Assembly: GCA_016214025.1 (NCBI GenBank)
Contig: JACRPH010000004.1
Location: forward strand, 17,370-81,369
Length of the DNA stretch: 64,000 nucleotides
Reading direction: 5' to 3'
From: Candidatus Woesearchaeota archaeon
GTDB taxonomy: Archaea; Nanobdellota; Nanobdellia; Woesearchaeales; GW2011-AR9
The notes below the pieces were generated by a model. The model saw only the letters and a program-made list of their open reading frames with translations. It did not search any database and was not told the DNA's origin. The first letter of the stretch is position 1, and the number at the start of each line of letters is the position of its first letter. Shown here piece by piece: positions 8,367-17,720 of the stretch. The position numbers and the translations under genes were made by a program.

Positions 8367-10832
8367 ATGCAGCTCCGCTTCTATCCGTTGGACTTCGATT
8401 ACAGGTATAAAGACGGAACTACTTACATCTACCTTTATGGAAAGCAAGATACCGGAGAACGTGTGTGCGTAATTCACCAATACAAACCTTTCTTCTACGC
8501 CCAAGTGCATGAATTGGATCAAGCCAGAATTGCTGAAAAGCTAAAAGACCTAAAGCTGGAAAATAAGCCCGAGCCCGCCACCGTAACCGGTTGGGAAGAA
8601 GCAGAAAAAGAACTGCTGGGAAAGAAAGTAAAACTCTGGAAAATCTATACCAATTATCCCAAAGCAGTGCCTATAATCAGCCGAGAACTGCAAGCATGGG
8701 GAATTGAATGCTATGAAAAAGATATTCTGTTTGTCCATCGCTACCTGCGTGATATGAATATAATCCCCATGACATTAGTGCAGGCAGAAGGAGAATTTAG
8801 TAAGGAAACCAGCCTGCGTGTTCCCCTCTTCACCGCCACTTCCGTAACCCAATTAAGTCTGGAAAGCGTACAAAACCTGAGGATTCTAGCCGTAGACATT
8901 GAAACTTATGCCCGGGACAAAATAGTTGACTTTGAAAGAAATCCTTTATTGATGCTGGCATTCTATGGCATAGATGAAACCGGAGTAGAATTCAGAAAAG
9001 TATTGACCTGGAAAAAATTTAAGCATGATACAGAGTTCATAGAATTCGTTAGAGATGAAGTACAGCTGTTAGAACGCTTCAAAGAAATCATGTTAGAATT
9101 CAAGCCGGATATTCTAACCGGATATTTTTCCGACGGATTTGACTTGCCGTACCTTAAGCATCGCGCCGAAATGCACCGAATAAAGCTGGACTTAGGGTTG
9201 GATTACTCTTACCTCCAAGCCGGAAGCAAAGCTGACTTTCGGGAAGGCGATAGTAAAATAACCGGAATTCCGCATCTCGATATGTGCAAGTTCATCCGCA
9301 ATATCTTCGGCAAGAACCTGAAGACGGACAGCTATTCATTAGATTCAGTAAGCGAAGAAATATTAGGCGATAAAAAGCAAATAATCAATTTGGATCAGCT
9401 GGCTGAAGTGTGGGATCATTCTCCGGATGGGCTGCATGATTATTGTGAATACAACCTGCACGACGCTCACCTTACGCTGAGATTGTGCAAAAAGTTACTG
9501 TACGATATGCTGGAGTTTACTAAGCTCGTGGGATTACCTACTTTTGACGTAATCCGCATGCGCTTTGCCCGCTTAGTTGAAAGTTATATCTTAAAGCGAG
9601 CCCGAGAATATAACGTGCTCGCTCCCAATAAACCCGTCGGAGAGGAAATGGATCACCGCATGGAAGAAACTTACGAAGGAGGATTTGTATACGAGCCGCT
9701 TCCGGGAGTATACCAAGAGCTCGTGGTATTTGACTTCCGTTCATTATATCCCAGTATAATCACCTCACACAATATCGGCCCGGAAAGTTTCCATTGTGCT
9801 TGCTGCAGGGAAAAAGCTAAAGTTCCCACCCTGGATGAATATTGGTTCTGTACCAAACGAAAAACGTTTATCCCTACTGTATTGGAGCAGTTAATTTCCA
9901 TTCGTGCCGATTTAAAGAAGCAGATCAAAGCAGCTAAAGCTAAACAAGAAGACAGTAAGATGCTGGAAGCACGTTCTATTTCAGTTAAACTGTTGGCTAA
10001 TTCGTTCTATGGTTATCTCGGATTCTTTGGAGCGCGCTGGTATTCATTAGAAAGTGCGAGGGCTACTACGGCTTATGCTAGAAATTATATTAAGAACACT
10101 ATCACCAAAGCAGAGGATAGCGGACTAAAAGTAGTTTATTCAGATACTGATTCCTGCTTCGTCCTTCTCGGCGAGCAGCCCTTGGATAAAGCTCTGAAGT
10201 TCCAGAAAGAAATAAATGCTGCTTTACCCGGAACTATGGAATTAGAATTAGAAGGATATTATCCCCGCGGAATCTTCGTGGCAGCTAAAAGAACCGAGAA
10301 AGGCGCCAAGAAGAAATATGCGTTACTCTCCAAAGAAGGGGATCTTAAAATAACCGGATTTGAAACCATTAGGCGCAACTGTTCTCCTCTGGCTAAAGAG
10401 CTCCAGCTGCAAGTGCTAAGAATGGTGCTGGAAGATAAAGCCGGGTTAGCCTTGGCCTATGTTAAAGATACCATCAAAGAATTGCAGGGCGGCAAATTTC
10501 CTCTAAGTAAATTGATAATTAAAACTCAGATAACTAAAGAACTGAATCATTATTCTTCTATCGCCCCTCATGTAGCTATCGCCTGGCAGATGGTAAAGAA
10601 AGGCGAACGTATCGCTCCGGGAAGCGTGATCGAGTATATTATCTGCAAAGGAACCGGGCTGGTAAGAGATAGGGCGAAGATTCCAACCGAAGTCGCTCCC
10701 GAAGATTACGATGCAGATTATTACCTCAACAATCAGCTGATTCCGGCAGTATCTAGCATATTTAATGTGCTGGGGTATAAAGAAGAGGATTTAGTGAGTT
10801 GCAGTCAGACGGGGTTGGGGAAGTTTATGTGA
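8367..10832 (+). CDS. polB: Family B DNA polymerase
   Basis: Exo motifs DIET, FDLPYL, YNLHD; Pol motifs DFRSLYPS, KLLANSFYGY, YSDTDS, KKKYA; C-terminal PIP box QTGLGKF. No intein seen. Confidence 0.97.
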   Translation: MQLRFYPLDFDYRYKDGTTYIYLYGKQDTGERVCVIHQYKPFFYAQVHELDQARIAEKLKDLKLENKPEPATVTGWEEAEKELLGKKVKLWKIYTNYPKAVPIISRELQAWGIECYEKDILFVHRYLRDMNIIPMTLVQAEGEFSKETSLRVPLFTATSVTQLSLESVQNLRILAVDIETYARDKIVDFERNPLLMLAFYGIDETGVEFRKVLTWKKFKHDTEFIEFVRDEVQLLERFKEIMLEFKPDILTGYFSDGFDLPYLKHRAEMHRIKLDLGLDYSYLQAGSKADFREGDSKITGIPHLDMCKFIRNIFGKNLKTDSYSLDSVSEEILGDKKQIINLDQLAEVWDHSPDGLHDYCEYNLHDAHLTLRLCKKLLYDMLEFTKLVGLPTFDVIRMRFARLVESYILKRAREYNVLAPNKPVGEEMDHRMEETYEGGFVYEPLPGVYQELVVFDFRSLYPSIITSHNIGPESFHCACCREKAKVPTLDEYWFCTKRKTFIPTVLEQLISIRADLKKQIKAAKAKQEDSKMLEARSISVKLLANSFYGYLGFFGARWYSLESARATTAYARNYIKNTITKAEDSGLKVVYSDTDSCFVLLGEQPLDKALKFQKEINAALPGTMELELEGYYPRGIFVAAKRTEKGAKKKYALLSKEGDLKITGFETIRRNCSPLAKELQLQVLRMVLEDKAGLALAYVKDTIKELQGGKFPLSKLIIKTQITKELNHYSSIAPHVAIAWQMVKKGERIAPGSVIEYIICKGTGLVRDRAKIPTEVAPEDYDADYYLNNQLIPAVSSIFNVLGYKEEDLVSCSQTGLGKFM

Positions 10833-10906
10833 ATGGTCTTTGTTTTATCACATCTCTCCTCCATCACCACAAACTCTAAAAATACCACGCTCTTCTTACC
10901 AAAAAG

Positions 10907-11560
10907 ATGTCAGTTTTAACTCCCAAACCACATTACTTTGACCTCACCCTGAAAGGCTACGCTGTACAAGAGAGTTCCCGCCGGCGGGGATATTTCTACT
11001 CTAGCCACAGGGATCGCTGGGATGTATTTGATAAAGAAGGCGGAAAGGTCTCCCTTTCACTAAATTACCGCCGCACCAGAGATGAATGCTGCGTGGAGGA
11101 TTATCGCACTTTGTTTGGGTTTGAATACCACACTGAAAGCGGGCTCCTAAAATGCGGATTGGAGCAGGTCATTCTTACCGCGGAGCATAATTGCTCAGGA
11201 ATGCAAGCTCGGGTGGTAGATGCTCCCCCCTGGAAAAAGTATGAATTGGACTTTCTATCTGACATAGCGGACGCCATTCTCCAAAATCCTGTACTTATTG
11301 CTGAATCTCTTCCCGTAAAAAAAGAAAAGAGGCACTACAGAGAGTTCAACTTATGGGGCTTCCCCAAAGAGTTCGTAGAATCCTTTATGAGAGCTATTCC
11401 CTATCAAAGCGCTTACTCTATTCCTTACTTGAAGATTTCAGTAGAAATGGAGAAATTGGGGTTAAAGCCCAGTCTGGGAAAGCAGATGGTGTGGGGGATA
11501 CTTCCGGAAGCAGCCGGAAAAGGATTCTCCAGATCTAGCCATCGGAGTTCAGGGCAGTGA
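10907..11560 (+). CDS. Hypothetical protein
   Basis: 217-aa ORF with upstream TATA-like element and no recognised motif. Confidence 0.6.
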   Translation: MSVLTPKPHYFDLTLKGYAVQESSRRRGYFYSSHRDRWDVFDKEGGKVSLSLNYRRTRDECCVEDYRTLFGFEYHTESGLLKCGLEQVILTAEHNCSGMQARVVDAPPWKKYELDFLSDIADAILQNPVLIAESLPVKKEKRHYREFNLWGFPKEFVESFMRAIPYQSAYSIPYLKISVEMEKLGLKPSLGKQMVWGILPEAAGKGFSRSSHRSSGQ

Positions 11561-11628
11561 AAATGGCACAAGACAATTGTCTTAATCGGTTAAAGACAGA
11601 TGTCTTGAGGTGGCATCCAATATACTAA

Positions 11629-11871
11629 TTGATTTTAGCACTGCCTTGGGTGCAAATATCAATTAGTATATCAAACGCATTTGATATAGCGAGACTAGTC
11701 GAGCGTAAATTGCGCAAACAGTGTAACATAATCAGCGCAATTTACGCTCGACTACTTAGCCTGGATGCCATCAGAAATAGGATCAAAAAATTAACTGAAG
11801 AAGAGCTTAAGCAGGAACTAGAAAAAGAAAAAAGCTTTATTCTAAGAGAAAGAGGAATCGTATACCAATGA
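11629..11871 (+). CDS. Small hypothetical protein, possibly a fragment
   Basis: Charged helical C-terminus and uncertain start. A short ORF starting at 11563 precedes it. Confidence 0.35.
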   Translation: MILALPWVQISISISNAFDIARLVERKLRKQCNIISAIYARLLSLDAIRNRIKKLTEEELKQELEKEKSFILRERGIVYQ

Positions 11872-11960
11872 GATAAAAATACGAATGTAAATTATACCGC
11901 GTCACAAACACCAAATCTCCCCCGCAATCTTTAAAAACCGCCGTCTAATACCTTCTGGTT

Positions 11961-14816
11961 ATGGGTGTAAACTGGAACCAAGTGCAAGATAAATGGCAGG
12001 CTAAATGGACCGAGGCAGAATTAGGCCAAGCTGTAGTAAAGAAAAGCAAAGAAAAATTCATGATGATATTTGCCTATCCGGGAATCTCCGGATATCTGCA
12101 CGTCGGGCATATGCGCGGCTATTCTTACACTGATGCTATCTGCCGTTACGAAAGGCTTAAAGGCAAAGAAGTATTATTTCCGGTTGGAACTCACGCCAGC
12201 GGAAACCAAGCCTTAGCCTTTGCCAACAAAGTAAAATACGGAAACCAGGACTGGCTCGAATATTTGGAAGACAACGGCTGTCCTAAAGAAGTGGTTCCCA
12301 CCTTAGCCGATCCTAATAAAGTTGTAGAATACTTCAACCAAGTTTACGTCAACGATTACTGGAAAAAATTCGGCTTCTTATGCGATTGGAACCGATTTAC
12401 CTGCACCGTTTACAAAGATTACGAAAAATTTATTCAATGGCAATTCCGGAAATTAATGCAAAAAGACTTGCTTATCCAAAAACCATATTTCGCTACTGCC
12501 TGCCCTAATTGTGGTCCAGTAGCAGTTGATCCTTCTGAAACCGATATCGCCACTGGGGGAAATGCTGAAAAGCAGGAATACACTTTATTAAAATTCAAGT
12601 TTGAAATTGAAGAAGCTGAGCCCTTATACTTAGTTGCTGCTACTCTTAGGCCGGAAACGATATACGGACAAACCAACCTGTGGATTAACCCTAATGTGAA
12701 ATATGTAAAAGTAGAAGTAGATACTGAAACCTGGGTAATGAGCCCCGAAGCAGCCGAAAAATTAAGTTACCAGAAAGATGAAGTATTGCTCAAAGAGGAT
12801 ATCAGCCCAAGTAAATTCCTGGGCAAAAAAGCCCGAGCGCCAGGAGTAGAACGGGATATTATTATACTTCCGGCAATGTTCTGCGACCCTAACTTCGGAA
12901 CTGGAATCGTAACTTCTGTACCCAGCGATGCGCCTTATGATTACGTCGCTTTAAGAGCCCTGCAGGAGCACCCTGAAGAATGCAGAAAATATGGCCTCTC
13001 GCCAGAAGCAGTAAACAATATTGGCTTAATTCCCATCATCAAAACTGAAGGCTACGGCGAATTTCCGGCTAAAGAGCTCGCCCAAAAATTAGGCATCTCT
13101 TCTTTAGATGATCCTAAACTGGAAGAAGCTACCAAAGAGCTGTACAAAGCAGGCTATCATACCGGTATCATGAGAAACACCTGTGGAGAATATTCGGGAA
13201 AGAAAGTAGAAGAAGCCAAAGAATTAATCAGGTCCAAATTGATTGAAGAAGGAAAAGCAGACACGTTCCACGACCTGTCTGAAGAAGTGCTGTGCCGCTG
13301 CGGAAAAAAAGTAGTAATAAAAAGAATCGACGACCAATGGTTCATCAAATATTCCAATCCGGAACTAAAAGAAAGAAGCAAAGAGCAAATCCAAGAGATG
13401 CGCATCTACCCTGAAGAATATCACCAGAATATGCCTAAAGTGATTGACTGGTTTGGCGATAGAGCTTGTGCTAGACTTGGAAACTGGCAGGGCAGCCGCT
13501 TGCCGTTTGACGGAAAATGGATTATCGAACCCATTAGCGATTCCACACTATACCCTGCTTATTACATCGTATCCAAATTTGTAAACAGCGGAAAGCTCAA
13601 GCCGGAAGAGCTAACTGAAGAGTTCTTTGATAATGTATTCCTGGGAAAAGGAAAAGGTAAAGAAGAGTGGAAAGAAATCCGAGACGAATTTGATTATTTT
13701 TATCCGCTGGATCTAAACTTAGGCGGCAAAGAACACAAAACGGTACATTTCCCGGTATTCTTGATGAATCATGTAGCTATCCTGCCTGAAAATAAATGGC
13801 CGTTAGGCATCGTCGTAAATTGGTGGGTTACTGGAAAAGGCTCTAAGATTTCCAAAAGTAAAGGCGGAGCAGAGCCCATACCAGCCGCCATGAAAAAGTA
13901 TGGTGTAGATGCCATGCGCTTATACTATGCCCATATCGGCTCTCCGCATGTGGATGTAGTCTGGACTGAAGAAGTAGTATTAAATTACAAAAATGCCCTG
14001 GAAAGGATTTATGCTTTGTGCGAAGAGCTGCGGCAGATAAAAGGGACTAAAAAACAATCTATCGATGAATGGCTATTATCCCGAGTACACCATCACGTTC
14101 GAGCCATAAACCACGCATTAAAAGAATATGACTTAAGAGAATTAGCTTCGATTACTTACTTTACGATGTATGACGACTTGCGCTGGTATGTGCGCAGAGG
14201 AGGAAACGATACTAAAACTATCCATGAAGCATTAAATATGTGGGTTAGATTGATGAATCCGATTACTCCACATCTAAGCGAAGAATTGAATGAATTTGGA
14301 GGATATATCAAAGGTGCTCCCGGGCTGGTATCTGCTTCCACTTGGCCAACTGCAGAAGAGGATAAGATTGCTCCAACTGCCGAAGCTGGGGAAGAATTAG
14401 TCAAAGCTACCCGAGAAAGCATGCGCAATGTGCTGAAGCTGGCTAAGCTCGACGCACCTAAAAAATACACCTTATTCATCGCCGACAGATGGCTGTATAA
14501 ATTATTTGAAATCGTATCAGCGGAGATTAAAGTTACGCATAATCCGGGAGAAATCATGCGCAGAGTTTTGGCGGAAGAAACATTCAAAGAAAGAGGAAAA
14601 GACGTAAGTAAAATTGTCTCAGCGTTAGTCAAAGATGAATCTAAAATCCCTCCGGTGGTAATCTCACCTGAAGAAGAGTTCAAAGTTATGACCGAAGCGG
14701 CAGGAATGCTGGAAAAAGAATTTGGATGTAAAACAGAAGTAGTATTGGGTGAAGATAGTTCTCATCCTAAAGCAAGAATGGCGATGCCGGGGAAAGTTGG
14801 GATTGTGGTGGAGTAA
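11961..14816 (+). CDS. leuS: Leucyl-tRNA synthetase (archaeal type)
   Basis: AYPGISGYLHVGH (HIGH), ATLRPET, GTGIVTSVPSDAPYDY editing domain, KISKSKG (KMSKS), AMPGKVGI end. Confidence 0.96.
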   Translation: MGVNWNQVQDKWQAKWTEAELGQAVVKKSKEKFMMIFAYPGISGYLHVGHMRGYSYTDAICRYERLKGKEVLFPVGTHASGNQALAFANKVKYGNQDWLEYLEDNGCPKEVVPTLADPNKVVEYFNQVYVNDYWKKFGFLCDWNRFTCTVYKDYEKFIQWQFRKLMQKDLLIQKPYFATACPNCGPVAVDPSETDIATGGNAEKQEYTLLKFKFEIEEAEPLYLVAATLRPETIYGQTNLWINPNVKYVKVEVDTETWVMSPEAAEKLSYQKDEVLLKEDISPSKFLGKKARAPGVERDIIILPAMFCDPNFGTGIVTSVPSDAPYDYVALRALQEHPEECRKYGLSPEAVNNIGLIPIIKTEGYGEFPAKELAQKLGISSLDDPKLEEATKELYKAGYHTGIMRNTCGEYSGKKVEEAKELIRSKLIEEGKADTFHDLSEEVLCRCGKKVVIKRIDDQWFIKYSNPELKERSKEQIQEMRIYPEEYHQNMPKVIDWFGDRACARLGNWQGSRLPFDGKWIIEPISDSTLYPAYYIVSKFVNSGKLKPEELTEEFFDNVFLGKGKGKEEWKEIRDEFDYFYPLDLNLGGKEHKTVHFPVFLMNHVAILPENKWPLGIVVNWWVTGKGSKISKSKGGAEPIPAAMKKYGVDAMRLYYAHIGSPHVDVVWTEEVVLNYKNALERIYALCEELRQIKGTKKQSIDEWLLSRVHHHVRAINHALKEYDLRELASITYFTMYDDLRWYVRRGGNDTKTIHEALNMWVRLMNPITPHLSEELNEFGGYIKGAPGLVSASTWPTAEEDKIAPTAEAGEELVKATRESMRNVLKLAKLDAPKKYTLFIADRWLYKLFEIVSAEIKVTHNPGEIMRRVLAEETFKERGKDVSKIVSALVKDESKIPPVVISPEEEFKVMTEAAGMLEKEFGCKTEVVLGEDSSHPKARMAMPGKVGIVVE

Positions 14817-14825
14817 GCGCTATAA

Positions 14826-15146
14826 TCACGCCGTCACCAGCACTTTCTGTTCAACCATATCGAGCTGCTGAAGGATTAACTTATCATACAATAAAACTAA
14901 TTGCTTAACTACCTCATTAGCTTGATTAATCTTATACAAAGTTGCTCTGCCAATCTTTCTAGTTATAATTACCATTCCAAGTTCCACCAACTTAGGAACA
15001 AGCTGGTTTAACGTTCCCCAACTGACTCCCGCGTGAAGCATATCAGTAAGAGTATAATCCATCTCTCTTCCTTCTATTAAGTATTGTAATACTCTCATTC
15101 GGGGGCTATCTCCAACGTACTCTAAAAATACAGATTCTTCTTCCAT
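14826..15146 (-). CDS. Small winged-helix DNA-binding protein
   Basis: GDSPRMRVLQYL...GVSWGTL...TRKIGRATLYKIN. Confidence 0.7.
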   Translation of the reverse strand: MEEESVFLEYVGDSPRMRVLQYLIEGREMDYTLTDMLHAGVSWGTLNQLVPKLVELGMVIITRKIGRATLYKINQANEVVKQLVLLYDKLILQQLDMVEQKVLVTA

Positions 15147-15204
15147 GATGCTTCTAAAAACGAGCTAAGATTTATATACTTTTTGATTAATGCTTAAATT
15201 AAAC

Positions 15205-15666
15205 ATGAAACTCACCTCTCTCCGTTCAAAAGAATTTCAGGAAGAATTAGATACATACCATTATTCTCTTAAAGTCAGCAAGAAAGATACAGTTGAAGTA
15301 TCTGAATCAGGGACAGCAAAAATAATTCTGCTCAATAAACAGTCCGCTTTCTTTTATCTGTCTGAACGATTAATTCCACATTTAAAACTACTTCAAGCCC
15401 GCCCAGAATTGCTGAAGAAAATTGTAGTAGACATGGGGGCAGTTAAGTTTATGGTAAGTGGAGCAGATGTGATGCGTCCGGGGATTGTAGAGATTGAAGT
15501 AGGAATAAATAAAGAGGATTTAGTAGTGATTGTTGATGCAAATAATCGAAAACCGTTGGCAGTGGGAATAGCTTTATTCAATTCAGAAGAGATGCAAGCG
15601 ATGGCTTCAGGAAAAGTAATTAAGAATGTTCATTATGTTGGGGATGAATTATGGAGAATGGTCTAA
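15205..15666 (+). CDS. PUA-domain RNA-binding protein (MCT-1/Tma20-like)
   Basis: VVDMGAVKFMVSGADVMRPGI...KPLAVG...GKVIKNVHYVGDELW. Confidence 0.9.
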   Translation: MKLTSLRSKEFQEELDTYHYSLKVSKKDTVEVSESGTAKIILLNKQSAFFYLSERLIPHLKLLQARPELLKKIVVDMGAVKFMVSGADVMRPGIVEIEVGINKEDLVVIVDANNRKPLAVGIALFNSEEMQAMASGKVIKNVHYVGDELWRMV

Positions 15667-15670
15667 GAAT

Positions 15671-16000
15671 ATGATCTTCAACCACACTCGCAACAAAGTA
15701 ATCTCAGAGAAAGAAATCGTTTGTAAAAGTATCTTCTCGCAAGCATTAGGATTAATGTTTCATCGCAAGCAGAATCTAATCATGGTGTTTAAAGAGGAAA
15801 GAAGAATCTCTTTGCACAATTGTTTTGTATTCTTTCCGATTGATGTGCTGATTGTGGATAAAGAGATGAAGATTGTGGAGATTAAAAAAAACTTTTGGCC
15901 GTTCACGTTCTGGAATGCTTCGCAGAAAGGGAAATATGTGCTCGAGCTGGCTTTTCCAGGAGAGTATGAGGTGGGAGAGAAAGTTACGTTTACGGAATAA
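15671..16000 (+). CDS. DUF192-family protein
   Basis: ALGLMF, LHNCFVFFPIDV, YVLEL. ATG 15671 preferred. Confidence 0.8.
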   Translation: MIFNHTRNKVISEKEIVCKSIFSQALGLMFHRKQNLIMVFKEERRISLHNCFVFFPIDVLIVDKEMKIVEIKKNFWPFTFWNASQKGKYVLELAFPGEYEVGEKVTFTE

Positions 16001-16027
16001 ATTTCTCTTTGACCGCCTCCTCAACCA

Positions 16028-16225
16028 ATGGAAATTCTAACAAATAGGCGACTTTCACTACACCTTGACATATGCCTCGGTAATGAAGAGCCTGACCGAT
16101 TAGGGTCAAGAATAAAAGTTTATTGGAATGGATTTGGTAGTGCATCGCCAGGGGTAGTGAAAGTGCCGGTGCTTGGGCCAAATGAGCTTCCAAAAGTATA
16201 CCAAATATCATACAATTTCGAATAA
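16028..16225 (+). CDS. Small hypothetical protein or fragment
   Basis: 65-aa ORF filling the gap, no motif. Confidence 0.3.
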   Translation: MEILTNRRLSLHLDICLGNEEPDRLGSRIKVYWNGFGSASPGVVKVPVLGPNELPKVYQISYNFE

Positions 16226-16359
16226 TGTGATTCGTTTGCTTCCAAACCCACCCATTCACTCCATTACTCTCTCTACACCACAGATATCTTTAAATAGTGC
16301 TTCTCACCAGAAATATAGAAAAAGAGTTAACACTCCTAAACAAAAAAAGGTGGTTTACC

Positions 16360-16767
16360 ATGGATCTTCGCCGAACCCGAACTTGTGAACGCTGCAAAAC
16401 GGCAGTGCCGTTAGATCAAGTGCGTATTGTGCCTAAAAATAATGAAACTAATCTGCTCGTGTGCGATAATTGCATGAGCGAGATAAAGAAAGCTACCGCA
16501 GACGGCAGGATTGCCGGAGCCCAGTCGAGGATTTATGCTCCCATAGACTCGTTCAAACCCAGAGTAACCAATGTTCCCCAAGACAGTCCGTTCAGAGCAA
16601 TGTCCAGCCAGAGGATTTCTCCTTTGCCGCCGCCGGATTATGCTAAATACACCTGTACTAAATGTAATTATGTATTCAAAGTCGACCGCTCCAAAGCCGG
16701 AATAACTTATGGGGTGAAATGCCCTTACTGTGGCAGGGTGGACAAATTACGCTTATATAGGGGGTAG
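16360..16767 (+). CDS. Double zinc-ribbon protein
   Basis: CERC...CDNC and CTKC...CPYCG pairs. AGGTGG Shine-Dalgarno before ATG 16360. Confidence 0.7.
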   Translation: MDLRRTRTCERCKTAVPLDQVRIVPKNNETNLLVCDNCMSEIKKATADGRIAGAQSRIYAPIDSFKPRVTNVPQDSPFRAMSSQRISPLPPPDYAKYTCTKCNYVFKVDRSKAGITYGVKCPYCGRVDKLRLYRG

Positions 16768-16805
16768 GTGGCCGTAATATGGAGAGTTTAGGGGTGTAAA
16801 AAGAG

Positions 16806-17630
16806 GTGAGTATGATGTTATACACGCATAATTTAGGCCATCTTAATCTGAAGTCAGCCGAATTGGAAAGCGTCTACATTGTAAGAGATTTACGGCAGAA
16901 GATGCCTTTTCCGATAACCGAGCCGAAGTTTAACGAATATCTTACTAATTTTTTAGTTTCAGATACGGATCAAAGCCGTATGGAATTAGGGTTATTAATG
17001 GTCGGGCCGGCTTTAGAATTGTTAAATAAGCTGCTGAGTGAAACCTATATTCCTGAAGCTGATCCCATGCATGAGCCCAGTGAAGTGCCCAAACCAATGA
17101 TGTTGTACGAATCAGCTAATATCCAACGGGCGATGCAGATACTCCAAGAAATGCCTCCGGCTTTGGATAAAAACATTCAGTTCGGAACCGAAATGCTGGG
17201 CTGGCAAAGTACTATGATAAGAGATGCAGCTTCCGTGTTTAATATGCTGCCCAGATTGAGAACCACTGAAGAAAAAATAGTGTATAATGCTAAACTGAAT
17301 GAGCTGTTTCAAAGAGTATTGCGCAATCAGGAATTTGTGTTTAACTTTACCGATATCGTGCATGAAGCCCATGTAGAGCTGATGAAAGGGCTGCTGGAGA
17401 GCATGAACAAAGGCTTCTTGTTTCATTATACTCTAGAAGAAGAATTAAGAAAAGCCAGTTTTGACGAGATAAAGCGCCGGATTCCGCAGGTGAAGTTAGA
17501 TGAAGCTGAAACCATCAAGAGAAATATGCTGGCAATAAAAAATGCTATTGACCGGGCTTATGAGCTGAACCAGCGCATGGTCAGCTTGGCAGTGGTATTG
17601 TATTCGTGTATGAAATGGGTGAAAGGGTAA
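16806..17630 (+). CDS. Hypothetical alpha-helical protein
   Basis: 274-aa ORF with GAGGTG SD near the start (true start may be ATG 16812). Confidence 0.65.
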   Translation: MSMMLYTHNLGHLNLKSAELESVYIVRDLRQKMPFPITEPKFNEYLTNFLVSDTDQSRMELGLLMVGPALELLNKLLSETYIPEADPMHEPSEVPKPMMLYESANIQRAMQILQEMPPALDKNIQFGTEMLGWQSTMIRDAASVFNMLPRLRTTEEKIVYNAKLNELFQRVLRNQEFVFNFTDIVHEAHVELMKGLLESMNKGFLFHYTLEEELRKASFDEIKRRIPQVKLDEAETIKRNMLAIKNAIDRAYELNQRMVSLAVVLYSCMKWVKG

Positions 17631-17720
17631 GATAAAAAAAATTGTGGGGCGGCTTCTTCATTCAACTCCCCTTTTCCACCACAACAATCTTTAAAAAAAC
17701 AGCTTCTTCTAAGAGACGAT

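Noticed and set aside
8367..10832. Intein or inactivated polymerase in polB
   Set aside because: Length is normal and the catalytic motifs are contiguous. The CACC...C insert is only a small Cys cluster.
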